Source: Bacillales bacterium UBA6449 (GTDB lineage Bacteria > Bacillota_I > Bacilli_A > RFN20 > CAG-288). Taken from it: a stretch of 64,000 nt of DNA. A program made the translations under genes and the position numbers. Within the stretch, counting starts at the first letter, position 1, and every line of letters starts with the position of its first letter. A model generated the notes under the pieces. That model saw only the letters and a list, made by a program, of their open reading frames with translations. It searched no databases and was not told the DNA's origin. Below, one piece after another: positions 26,039-34,258 of this stretch. Where the stretch lies: the NCBI GenBank assembly GCA_002437105.1, contig DJOB01000002.1, forward strand, positions 8,049 through 72,048, read 5' to 3'.

Positions 26039-26611
26039 TTACTTCTTCAGAGCGTTCAGGCAGCGGGTCTGCTTGGAGTCCTTGTTGAAGGTGAACTTAT
26101 ATCCCTTGAGGATCTCCTTGGCGACCTGTTCGGCCTTGTCCATGGAGTCGGCGTCGATCTCCAGCTCGTAGTCGGTGTGACCCAGGTAGGTATTCTTATC
26201 GAGGGCGATACGGGCGACATTCTCCTCGTGGAAGCCGCGGCGCCTCTCGGTTTCGAGCTTGGCGAGGGTCTTGAGCGTGGAGCTATCGAAGTCGAGCAGA
26301 TCGAGGAAATCCTTTATTCCGCCCTCGGGGAACTTGTTATCGGCGATCATGCTCTCCGCCTCGGAGGGGGACAGCAGCTGTTCCTTCTCGAACAGTCCGA
26401 CGGCCAGAGGGCTCTTGAGGGTGAGCAGGTACTCGCCGTTGACGTGCCTGATCCGCAGTCCCATTCCCTGCTTAGCCAGGTTTCTATCCGCCGAATCGAT
26501 GTACCAGTTGGTCTGCAGGAAGGGCTCATTGAGTTTGAGTTTCTTGTTGAGCTTATCGTATTCCTTCTTATCGATCAGTATCTTCGCTTCGATCTCAACC
26601 GTGTTAGCCAT
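26039..26611 (-). CDS. CYTH-domain protein (triphosphate tunnel metalloenzyme, YjbK-like)
   Basis: N-terminal VEIEAKIL (EXEXK), LRIRHVNGEYLLTLKSP and TDYELEID. It sits next to nadK, as yjbK does in Bacillus. Confidence 0.75.
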   Translation of the reverse strand: MANTVEIEAKILIDKKEYDKLNKKLKLNEPFLQTNWYIDSADRNLAKQGMGLRIRHVNGEYLLTLKSPLAVGLFEKEQLLSPSEAESMIADNKFPEGGIKDFLDLLDFDSSTLKTLAKLETERRRGFHEENVARIALDKNTYLGHTDYELEIDADSMDKAEQVAKEILKGYKFTFNKDSKQTRCLNALKK

Positions 26612-26675
26612 TTTCCACCTCCAAATCGTGGTCTGTTTCTATGATACAATAACTAGCTGAAAACAGGTTTCCCGC

Positions 26676-27458
26676 ATGCATACTTTCGCTTTAGACGGGA
26701 GGTTTTCCGATATCTCCCGCTTCTCCATCGCCAGGACGATCAAGGACGCGCTGATCAAGGGAGGGATGGTCTATGAGGAGGACCATCCTGACCTCGTCGT
26801 CTGTCTGGGTGGTGATGGTTCACTCCTCCGCTCATGTAACTCGCGCGGTTATGTGGGCGATTTCATGCTGATCAATGGCGGTACGCTCGGCTTCCTCTCC
26901 GACTTTAAGATCTCCGAGTGGGATAAGGCGGTCTACGCGATCCTGCACAGCGAACCCATCTACGATGTCCACCGCCCTCTGGTGATCGAGGACCGTCTCG
27001 GTCACCACGCCTTTGCAGCCAACGATATCTCGCTGGTGGCCCCGGTGCGGACTCTCAACTACGAGATCAATGTCGACGGGGTGAAGCTCGTGAACGCGCA
27101 GGGTTCGGGCCTCGTCGTCTCGACCGCGCTCGGCTCCACCGCTTTCTCGCACTCCATGGATGGACCGATCCTCTTCACCGCTGACGATGTTTTCGCGCTC
27201 AATCTGCTCGCTCCGGTGAACAATCGGATCAATCGGGCTCCGTTCAGGCACGCTGTCTTTCGATCCAACACGATCTTAAAGATCAAAATCGAACAGAATT
27301 TTAAGATATACCGGGTCGGTATCGATGGTATCGATACCCCGCAGCTGGCCAGCCACGAGCTGAGCATCTACATGTCGAAGTTCAAGGAGTTCCGGATCCT
27401 TCACTTCCGCGATTGGAATAAGTATAAAGTAGTCGCCGATGCCTTCGGGCAGCTTTAA
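26676..27458 (+). CDS. nadK: NAD kinase
   Basis: DLVVCLGGDGSLLRS (GGDG), GTLGFLSDF, NDISL and GLVVSTALGSTAFSHSMDGPIL. Confidence 0.9.
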   Translation: MHTFALDGRFSDISRFSIARTIKDALIKGGMVYEEDHPDLVVCLGGDGSLLRSCNSRGYVGDFMLINGGTLGFLSDFKISEWDKAVYAILHSEPIYDVHRPLVIEDRLGHHAFAANDISLVAPVRTLNYEINVDGVKLVNAQGSGLVVSTALGSTAFSHSMDGPILFTADDVFALNLLAPVNNRINRAPFRHAVFRSNTILKIKIEQNFKIYRVGIDGIDTPQLASHELSIYMSKFKEFRILHFRDWNKYKVVADAFGQL

Positions 27459-27471
27459 GGGAGGTTTACCT

Positions 27472-27951
27472 ATGGAGATCTGGCAGATCGCAATCGAAGT
27501 TATCGTGGATGTCGCTCTCATCATCGGGGCTGGTTTGACTATCTGTCTACCTCTCATCCACCCGAATCGTGACGAGGAGGCGGAAGAGAAGAAGGGTGAG
27601 GCGGCGGAACAGCCGAAATCCCCGGAGGCGGTAGAAGCTCCTGTCCCCCCGGTCTCTCACACCTTCAAGGAGAAGGAGAGGATCGAGGCGAAGAAGACCG
27701 CTGCCCAGAAGGAGGAGGAGACGGAGAACGCGATCGCCGTCCTCTTCGGTGGCAAGTCCAATATCGTCGCGGTTACCGCGCGGGGTTCCCGGGTTACTGT
27801 GGCTGTCAAGGATACCTCCCTGCTGCGGAGCCAGGACTTCGACCGGGCCGGCCTCAAGGGTGCCATGATCATGTCCGATCGGATCGTGTTCCTCGTCGGT
27901 AGCAATGCGGAGGAGTTCGCAAGCAATCTGAAGCGGAAGGTCGGCATCTAG
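27472..27951 (+). CDS. Membrane-anchored protein with a PTS EIIB(Glc)-like C-terminal domain lacking the phospho-Cys
   Basis: One N-terminal TM, an acidic/Lys-rich linker, then LFGGKSNIVAVTARGSRVTVAVKD...IVFLVGSNAEEF, which resembles lGGkeNI....CaTRLR..vkD with Arg in place of Cys. GGGAGG lies 8 nt before ATG 27472. Confidence 0.5.
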   Translation: MEIWQIAIEVIVDVALIIGAGLTICLPLIHPNRDEEAEEKKGEAAEQPKSPEAVEAPVPPVSHTFKEKERIEAKKTAAQKEEETENAIAVLFGGKSNIVAVTARGSRVTVAVKDTSLLRSQDFDRAGLKGAMIMSDRIVFLVGSNAEEFASNLKRKVGI

Positions 27952-28058
27952 ACTCCGATCGAAAGAGGACCTCGAGTCTTCTTTTTTATTTGGAGTTCAC
28001 CTGTGCGGAGCGAGCTTGAATTCCGCCAATCGGTCGATACGATATCTATCGAGGAGTA

Positions 28059-28460
28059 TTGGGTATGAGCACATTTATCAGTTTTCTGCTGGTCTTTGTC
28101 GGTGGTGGCTTGGGTGCGTCCCTGAGGTACGCGATCACCCTGATCCCGGTACCGGAGGGTACTCTCGGTGGTTTTCCTATCCTCACCATGGTGATAAATT
28201 TCCTGGGGAGCTTCGTCATTGGAGTCGTCGCTGCGCTCGCTTCACACCACCTGGTGGATAAGAACCTTGTGACTCTGATCAAGGTCGGGTTTCTAGGTGG
28301 ATTCACCACCTTCTCGTCCTTCGCGCTCGATAGCATCACGCTGTTCCGGGAGCAGAAGTACCTCGTCGGTGGCCTCTATGTTCTGCTCTCGGTCGGCTGC
28401 TGTCTGCTCGGCTGCTTCTGCGGTGAGCTGCTAGTTGAAGGAATCACGCGTAAGGAATAA
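28059..28460 (+). CDS. crcB: Fluoride ion channel CrcB/FluC
   Basis: FVGGGLGASLRY...GFLGGFTTFSSF, with four TM helices in 133 aa. Confidence 0.9.
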   Translation: MGMSTFISFLLVFVGGGLGASLRYAITLIPVPEGTLGGFPILTMVINFLGSFVIGVVAALASHHLVDKNLVTLIKVGFLGGFTTFSSFALDSITLFREQKYLVGGLYVLLSVGCCLLGCFCGELLVEGITRKE

Positions 28461-28563
28461 GGAATATTAGCTTTATATCTTCCTTGAGAACAAAGCTTAT
28501 TCACGAGAAACCATCTTTATTTTTTCAAGGATGAACGAGTTCTATTTGTATCGGTAGTCAAAC

Positions 28564-28591
28564 AAAAAAAGGAGGTTGAACCTCCTTTTTT
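28564..28591. terminator. Bidirectional terminator between convergent crcB and rnj
   Basis: AAAAAAA-GGAGGTTGAACCTCC-TTTTTT: a perfect hairpin flanked by A- and T-runs. Confidence 0.8.
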
Positions 28592-28700
28592 ATATACATC
28601 AGGGATCGAGGTTATCTGAACGATATCAATCCTCTATCTGACTTATCGGCTAGCGACTAATTTTAATAATGATCTCTGACAGTAGGAGTTATTCTGCGAC

Positions 28701-30521
28701 CTATATTCCCTCTTTGCCAGGGGCGATCGGATCCTTGGGCTGAGTGGGGGAGAACTTGGGGAAGGAGGTATATCCGATGGTCTTCACATTGGCTCTGGGG
28801 GCTTCGGCGCTGCCGATGGAGGCGATGACGGAGACGATCATGGGGTTGCGGTGGATCTCCCGATAGATGAAGTGGCTCGCCGTGTTGCGGATGGTCTCCT
28901 TGACCAGGCTGTAGGTCACCTTCTGTCCCGAGGAGAAGACCCGATCGAGCTCCATGGAGACTGCTTCTTCGGTCTTGCGCTCGAGGGAGGACTTGTTGGA
29001 TATCAGGATACCTCTCGACTCGACGGTGGGCCGGAACAGGAGCTTGTTAGCCTTGGGATCGATGCTGACGAACACGCCGACGATACCCTCATTGATCAGG
29101 ATATTGCGATCCCTGATGACCGAGGAGAGGACTCCCATGGGCGATTTGCCATCGATGTAGAGAGCTTCGCAGGTGAACGGTTTACCGCGCGTGATCTCGT
29201 GCTTGTACATGACCAGAGTCTCGCCGTTCCGCATCACGAACGTGTGCGAGGGATCGAGACCGCACTCCTGGGCGATCTGGCAGTGGATGACCAGCATGCG
29301 GTACTCGCCGTGGATGGGCATGAAGTACTTGGGACGAGCCAGCTTCTGAAGGAGCCGGAGCTCGACCTTGGAGGCGTGACCGGAGGAGTGCAGGGCCAGC
29401 GCGGGCGTGTCGGTGATGACATTGGCGCCGGCGCGGATCAGATCATCGACCACCTTGTTGACCGAGGCGGTATTGCCGGGAATGGGGTGGGAGGAGAAGA
29501 CGATGGTATCGCCCGGCAGAATCCTGATGTAGCGGTGCGTGCCGGTGGCGATCCGTGAGAGGGCGGCGAGGGGTTCACCCTGGCTGCCGGTGCAGAGGAT
29601 GCAGACCTGCGAAGCGGGCAGGTGCTGGACTCGATCGGGGTCGACGAGCGAGGAATCCGAGATCTTGATGATGCCCAGATCACGGGCGATCTTGAGGTTT
29701 CCCTCCATGGAGCGACCCATGACACACACCTTGCGACCATGCTTGATGGCGCACTGGGTGATCTGGGTGATACGCGACAGGTTCGAGGCGAAGGTGGAGA
29801 TGATCAGTCGGCCCATAGCGCGGCTGAAAACCTCGTCGATACCTTTCTTTACGTTCTTCTCGCTGGGGGTATAGCCCTCCTTCTCCGCATTGGTCGAATC
29901 GGCCATCAGCAGGTCGATTCCCTGATCGCCGAAGCGGGTGAGGCGCGACATATCGAAGTCGTGATCCACCGGGGTTAGGTCGATCTTGAAGTCTCCGGTG
30001 GTCGCGACGGTACCCTGCGGGGTGGTCACATAGATGCCGAAAGCATCGGGGATGGAGTGGGTGACGTGGAAGAACTGTACCTTGAACGATCCGCACACGA
30101 GGTTGGAGTTCTCATCCACCTCGACGACCTGAGTCTTGGAGCCCAGGTTGTATTCGGCCAATTTATTTTTTATTAGGGCGCAGGCTAGTCTAGGCGCGTA
30201 GATGACAGGAACCCTGACGGTCTGGAGCAGGAAGGGGATGGATCCGATGTGGTCCTCGTGTCCGTGGGTGATGCAGAGGGCCCGGATTTTGCGCTCGTTC
30301 TGCGCTAGATGGGTGAAATCGGGAATGATGTAGCTGACTCCCGGGTCGTTGTACTCGGGGAATTTGACGCCGGAATCCAGGATGACGATGTCGTTGTCAT
30401 TCTCGATGCAGTAGCAGTTCTTACCGATCTCACCGAGTCCGCCGAGGGCGTAGATGAGGACGGGAGAGTCTCCGGGATCGGCGACGGTCTGGACCTCGCT
30501 CTGAAGCTTGGTATCGCTCAT
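28701..30521 (-). CDS. rnj: Ribonuclease J
   Basis: Metallo-beta-lactamase/beta-CASP protein with ITHGHEDHIGSIP, DSTNAEKEG and HSSGHAS, 606 aa. Confidence 0.92.
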   Translation of the reverse strand: MSDTKLQSEVQTVADPGDSPVLIYALGGLGEIGKNCYCIENDNDIVILDSGVKFPEYNDPGVSYIIPDFTHLAQNERKIRALCITHGHEDHIGSIPFLLQTVRVPVIYAPRLACALIKNKLAEYNLGSKTQVVEVDENSNLVCGSFKVQFFHVTHSIPDAFGIYVTTPQGTVATTGDFKIDLTPVDHDFDMSRLTRFGDQGIDLLMADSTNAEKEGYTPSEKNVKKGIDEVFSRAMGRLIISTFASNLSRITQITQCAIKHGRKVCVMGRSMEGNLKIARDLGIIKISDSSLVDPDRVQHLPASQVCILCTGSQGEPLAALSRIATGTHRYIRILPGDTIVFSSHPIPGNTASVNKVVDDLIRAGANVITDTPALALHSSGHASKVELRLLQKLARPKYFMPIHGEYRMLVIHCQIAQECGLDPSHTFVMRNGETLVMYKHEITRGKPFTCEALYIDGKSPMGVLSSVIRDRNILINEGIVGVFVSIDPKANKLLFRPTVESRGILISNKSSLERKTEEAVSMELDRVFSSGQKVTYSLVKETIRNTASHFIYREIHRNPMIVSVIASIGSAEAPRANVKTIGYTSFPKFSPTQPKDPIAPGKEGI

Positions 30522-30647
30522 TATTAATCTCCTTGAAAATGCACTAAAAAAGTGCGGTTTTTAAATTCGTTGATATTATAAAACAATACAGTTTGCCTAT
30601 AAAGTATATCTTCTCGAAATACTGGAAACGAGAAGCAGACCGCGACT

Positions 30648-31199
30648 CTAGATCTTGAGAACGGTCGGGTCTTCCTTCCAGGGGTTGATGGCATCGATCC
30701 TATCGTAGTAGAGGTGACCATCGAGATGGTCGAGCTCGTGCTGGAAGATGATGGCGGGGTAACCCTTCTGGGTCACCTCGACATCCTGCCCGGTCAGAGC
30801 GTCGTAGCCCTTGACGGTGATACGGAAGGAGCGGGGAACGTAGCCGTCCCTATCCACGGCGACCGACAGGCAGCCCTCGCCGTTCTTCAGCGCGCAGAGC
30901 TTCGCGGATTGACGGACGACGACGGGGTTGATCAGACCGTAGGCGATCTCCTTTCCCTCCACGATGACGTAGACGGCGAAGAAGCGCTCGGGGATGCCGA
31001 TCTGCGGGGCGGCTAGACCGACGCCCGCTCGGACATGGTGGCGCTTGGCCCACCGGTCGTCCTGGCTATCCTTGAGGTATTGAACCATATCCTTGAGAAG
31101 CTGAGCCATCTCCGGGGAGCGAGGATCTTTCACCGGGGTGCAGACTGTGCGGATGACTCCCTCGTCATCGAAGTGCATCTTGAATACCTTATTTGCCAT
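30648..31199 (-). CDS. def: Peptide deformylase
   Basis: GVGLAAPQIG, EGCLS and HELDHLDG motifs. Confidence 0.93.
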   Translation of the reverse strand: MANKVFKMHFDDEGVIRTVCTPVKDPRSPEMAQLLKDMVQYLKDSQDDRWAKRHHVRAGVGLAAPQIGIPERFFAVYVIVEGKEIAYGLINPVVVRQSAKLCALKNGEGCLSVAVDRDGYVPRSFRITVKGYDALTGQDVEVTQKGYPAIIFQHELDHLDGHLYYDRIDAINPWKEDPTVLKI

Positions 31200-31301
31200 C
31201 TTTGATTCCTCTTTTCACTCCGTATATCTTACTACCCTCACCTGTCCCCACGGTGCATTCGCATTTCCTTTCATATCCGCTTTCGTCTAGAATCTCCGTG
31301 T

Positions 31302-31685
31302 ATGAAAAGCAGTGATATCAGTGTTCAGGAAGCTCTGCTGGAGCTCGAGGATGCGATCCGGGACAGCTATGAGTTTCAGCGGCTCCGCTTCCTCATCCTG
31401 CGCGAGCGGAAGGATCCGGAGATAGGTGCTCTCAAGGCGAGGCAGCACGCGCTGGAGGAGCGCCTGGCCCAAGCGGGACGCCAGTCGCTTCCCCCGGAGG
31501 TCCTAGTCGCGCTCTCGCAGGTTCAGCAGGAGCTGGCCGATAATCCGGTGCGGGCGGAGATGCGCACGATGGAGAAGAGGCTGGAGCGGTATCTGTCGCC
31601 CCTGGCCTATGCGCTGCACGAGCTGCCGGGCCAGGAGTATGAGGACGTGATGGGCAACGATCCGAGAGGAGGTGGAATATGCTGA
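31302..31685 (+). CDS. YlbF/YmcA-like (UPF0342) helical protein
   Basis: A helical 127-aa protein directly upstream of rsmD-coaD, the position ylbF holds in Bacillus. Sequence resemblance is weak and it ends in GGGIC. Confidence 0.4.
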   Translation: MKSSDISVQEALLELEDAIRDSYEFQRLRFLILRERKDPEIGALKARQHALEERLAQAGRQSLPPEVLVALSQVQQELADNPVRAEMRTMEKRLERYLSPLAYALHELPGQEYEDVMGNDPRGGGIC

Positions 31686-32236
31686 GGATCATCGGTGGAG
31701 AGTATAGACATAGACATCTGGAGGTGCCTGAGAGCGAGGAGTGCCGCCCGACGATGGATAAGGTGAGGGAGGCGGTCTTCTCCTCTCTGGGCGAGAAGAT
31801 CATCAATGCCCGCTTCCTCGATCTGTTCGCTGGCAGCGGAGCGGTGGGACTCGAAGCTTATTCCCGCGGGGCGAAGAGCGTCGTCTTCAACGAGAAGGAC
31901 ACCATGGTCATGCGGACTCTGGTCAAGAATATCGCTTCGCTCGATCCCGAGAGGCGCGTCTGCCTCACCCTGAAGAAGAACTGGACCGATGCGATGGTTC
32001 AGCTCTCCGCTCGCGGGATGTCCTTCGACGTGGTCTACCTCGATCCTCCCTATGCTCTCGATATCAATGCGGAAGCGATTCAGCGGATGCGCGAGCTGGG
32101 TCTCATCGGTCCGGGGAGCGTGGTGGTCGCGGAGCAGACGACTCCGCTCAAGGAGCTCGAGGGCTTCACGCTGAAGGCGAAGAAGTATGGGAAGAAGCAC
32201 GTGGGAATCTATGTCCTCGGGGGAGCCGCAGAATGA
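31679..32236 (+). CDS. rsmD: 16S rRNA (guanine966-N2)-methyltransferase
   Basis: RIIGGEYRHRHLEVPESEECRPTMDKVREAVFS, LDLFAGSGAVGLEAYSRGA and VYLDPPY. Confidence 0.85.
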   Translation: MLRIIGGEYRHRHLEVPESEECRPTMDKVREAVFSSLGEKIINARFLDLFAGSGAVGLEAYSRGAKSVVFNEKDTMVMRTLVKNIASLDPERRVCLTLKKNWTDAMVQLSARGMSFDVVYLDPPYALDINAEAIQRMRELGLIGPGSVVVAEQTTPLKELEGFTLKAKKYGKKHVGIYVLGGAAE

Positions 32237-32721
32237 GCGTGGGACTGTTTCCCGGGAGCTTTGACCCGCTGACTCTCGGCCACGTGGATATCGTGAAGAA
32301 GGCGCTGACCGTCTTCGATCGCGTCATCGTGCTCGTGGCGGACGACCCGTTCAAGAAGTACACCTTCTCCGGCGAGGAGCGGATGCGGATCTGCCGTGAG
32401 GATCTGGAGCCGCTGGGGAGCGTGGAGGTGGTGAGAGGTGCCGGTCTCACCGCGCAGTTCGCGGAGCAGCATGGCTGCTGCGCTCTGATCAGGGGGATGA
32501 GAGCGGAATCCGACTTCTCCTCCGAGTACCGTATGGCCCAGCTCAATCAGCAGATCGGTCACGGTCTTCAGACTGTCTTCTTTCTGACCTCCCCGCAGTT
32601 CAGCTATCTCTCCTCCGCGGTCGTCAAGAATCTCTATATATCCGGTGCCGATGTTTCGGACATGGTGCCCGAGAATGCTTATAGAGCTATGCAGAGCAAG
32701 CTAAAAAAGACTTCTTTATAG
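32233..32721 (+). CDS. coaD: Phosphopantetheine adenylyltransferase
   Basis: GLFPGSFDPLTLGHVDIV and the ISSAVVKN-type C-terminal block. It has a 4-nt overlap with rsmD. Confidence 0.92.
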   Translation: MSVGLFPGSFDPLTLGHVDIVKKALTVFDRVIVLVADDPFKKYTFSGEERMRICREDLEPLGSVEVVRGAGLTAQFAEQHGCCALIRGMRAESDFSSEYRMAQLNQQIGHGLQTVFFLTSPQFSYLSSAVVKNLYISGADVSDMVPENAYRAMQSKLKKTSL

Positions 32722-32768
32722 CCGTTTTTAATCTATTAGCAACTTATTTTTACCGCTAGATGCAATAT

Positions 32769-32799
32769 AAAAAAGCCCCGCAGATCTGCGAGGCTTTTT
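32769..32799. terminator. Bidirectional terminator between coaD and the lipoprotein array
   Basis: AAAAAA-GCCCCGCAGATCTGCGAGGC-TTTTT. Confidence 0.8.
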
Positions 32800-32813
32800 C
32801 GGTATTGGTGTTC

Positions 32814-34253
32814 CTATCGGAGCGAGTATTTCTCGATGAAGTCTTCCATCGGTTTGAAGGCGGTGGTTCCGAAGCTGGTGAAGGTGAAGACATAGGGGGA
32901 GAGAGGGGCATGTGTCTCCGCGTTGAAGACGTTGGCGGTGAAGGTCACCTTAACTTCACTCGAATCGATATCGCCCTCTATCTTCATATCGATGGTGGAC
33001 CAACCCATCGTCAGATCGTCGGATGAGGTGATTCCGAAATTCTTGAAGAAGTCGACGCCGATATCGTAGTCGTCGGTGCTGTATACCCCGTCCGCGTAGG
33101 TGAGGTACTGCATCCGCTTGAAGAGGAGCAGGTTCTTCGGATAGTTCATCACCGCTGAGACATCGTCCTGCTTCGTGGTGAAAGCGCCGCGCGCGTATCC
33201 GGGCTTCTCGGAGTTCTCCTGGGTGATGAGCTTGATCTTCTGCTGCGAGTCGGTATAGGTCAGGAAGACATCATCGTAGATCAGCGGACCGGAGGTTCCT
33301 TCGATGTTGATAGCTTCGGGCTTGGAGATGTGGATATATCCTCGGTTAGCGTACTGCACGAGTTCCGGGTAGGTGGAAATGTATTTGCTCGAAGCGTAGT
33401 TGAAATAGTACTGATCGGTGAAGTACTCGAGCACGCCGGTGCTGCCGTCGCTGAGCGGCTCTTCGCGCAGATAGTTATCGGCGGCGAAAAGATCGCGAAC
33501 CTTGGTCTCCTCCGCGGTGGGAGTGAAGGGGGTACCACCCTCTGCGACGAAGCTATCGAGCAGGTCGACTCGGGCGGTGTAGAAATCGGTTAGAACCAGC
33601 TGATAGGCCGCATTGGTATCGCTCAGGGTAAAGCTGATCGTCAGAGTCTGCGTAGCCGTATCCAGCTTGAAATCCATCACATCCTTGAGGAATAGATAGG
33701 AGGAGTCGGATAGGTCGATGAGGTTCATCACCTTGGTGCAGACATTGCGCTTGGAGGTGGAGACTTCGGTTCCGTCCTTCAGAGATGAGAAATCTACATC
33801 GAACAGGGAGACGACGGTGGAGTTGTCATAGAGGGAGGTGATCGGATCAGCACCCGACTTCAAAACTTCGCCAGCGAGCACATAATCCTTCTTATTTTCA
33901 TCGGACTCGATGCTGTAGGAGGCGACACCAGCAGCGGTTTTGACATACCCGCTCTGGTAGTCATCGTCGTCCTGCATCCAGGTGTAATCGGCGGTGAAGA
34001 TCAGATTTGGACGAGCTGCTCTCTTGTTGATGTAGGTCTTGAGCGAGTAGCGGGCTTCCTCTCGGTTCAAGTAGTTCAAAGCCTCTTTGACCGTATGGAA
34101 GGATGATTGCTCCGCCGATGATGAACTCGCATCGGTGGTCGTTCCGCTCGTGGAGACCAGAGAGGAAGCTGGGGTGGAGTCAGGAGTACGGCTGCAGGAA
34201 GTCATGAGTGTGAGTGCGAGCAGCGGAAGGATGAGAATCTTGTTCTTAGTCAT
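32814..34253 (-). CDS. Lipoprotein with Ser/Thr stalk (array member 4)
   Basis: MTKNKILILPLLALTLMTSC followed by SRTPDSTPASSLVSTSGTTTDASSSS. Confidence 0.8.
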   Translation of the reverse strand: MTKNKILILPLLALTLMTSCSRTPDSTPASSLVSTSGTTTDASSSSAEQSSFHTVKEALNYLNREEARYSLKTYINKRAARPNLIFTADYTWMQDDDDYQSGYVKTAAGVASYSIESDENKKDYVLAGEVLKSGADPITSLYDNSTVVSLFDVDFSSLKDGTEVSTSKRNVCTKVMNLIDLSDSSYLFLKDVMDFKLDTATQTLTISFTLSDTNAAYQLVLTDFYTARVDLLDSFVAEGGTPFTPTAEETKVRDLFAADNYLREEPLSDGSTGVLEYFTDQYYFNYASSKYISTYPELVQYANRGYIHISKPEAINIEGTSGPLIYDDVFLTYTDSQQKIKLITQENSEKPGYARGAFTTKQDDVSAVMNYPKNLLLFKRMQYLTYADGVYSTDDYDIGVDFFKNFGITSSDDLTMGWSTIDMKIEGDIDSSEVKVTFTANVFNAETHAPLSPYVFTFTSFGTTAFKPMEDFIEKYSLR

Positions 34254-34258
34254 ATCTC

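Noticed and set aside
27952-28058. Possible fluoride (crcB-motif) riboswitch upstream of crcB; GGAGTTCACC resembles the GGAGUUCGCC core
   Set aside because: No 5' partner exists for a P1 helix with TCACC, and there is no downstream CUCC/GAUGAC pseudoknot segment. The spacer is largely taken up by the terminator of the preceding gene. An Rfam RF01734 scan would settle it.
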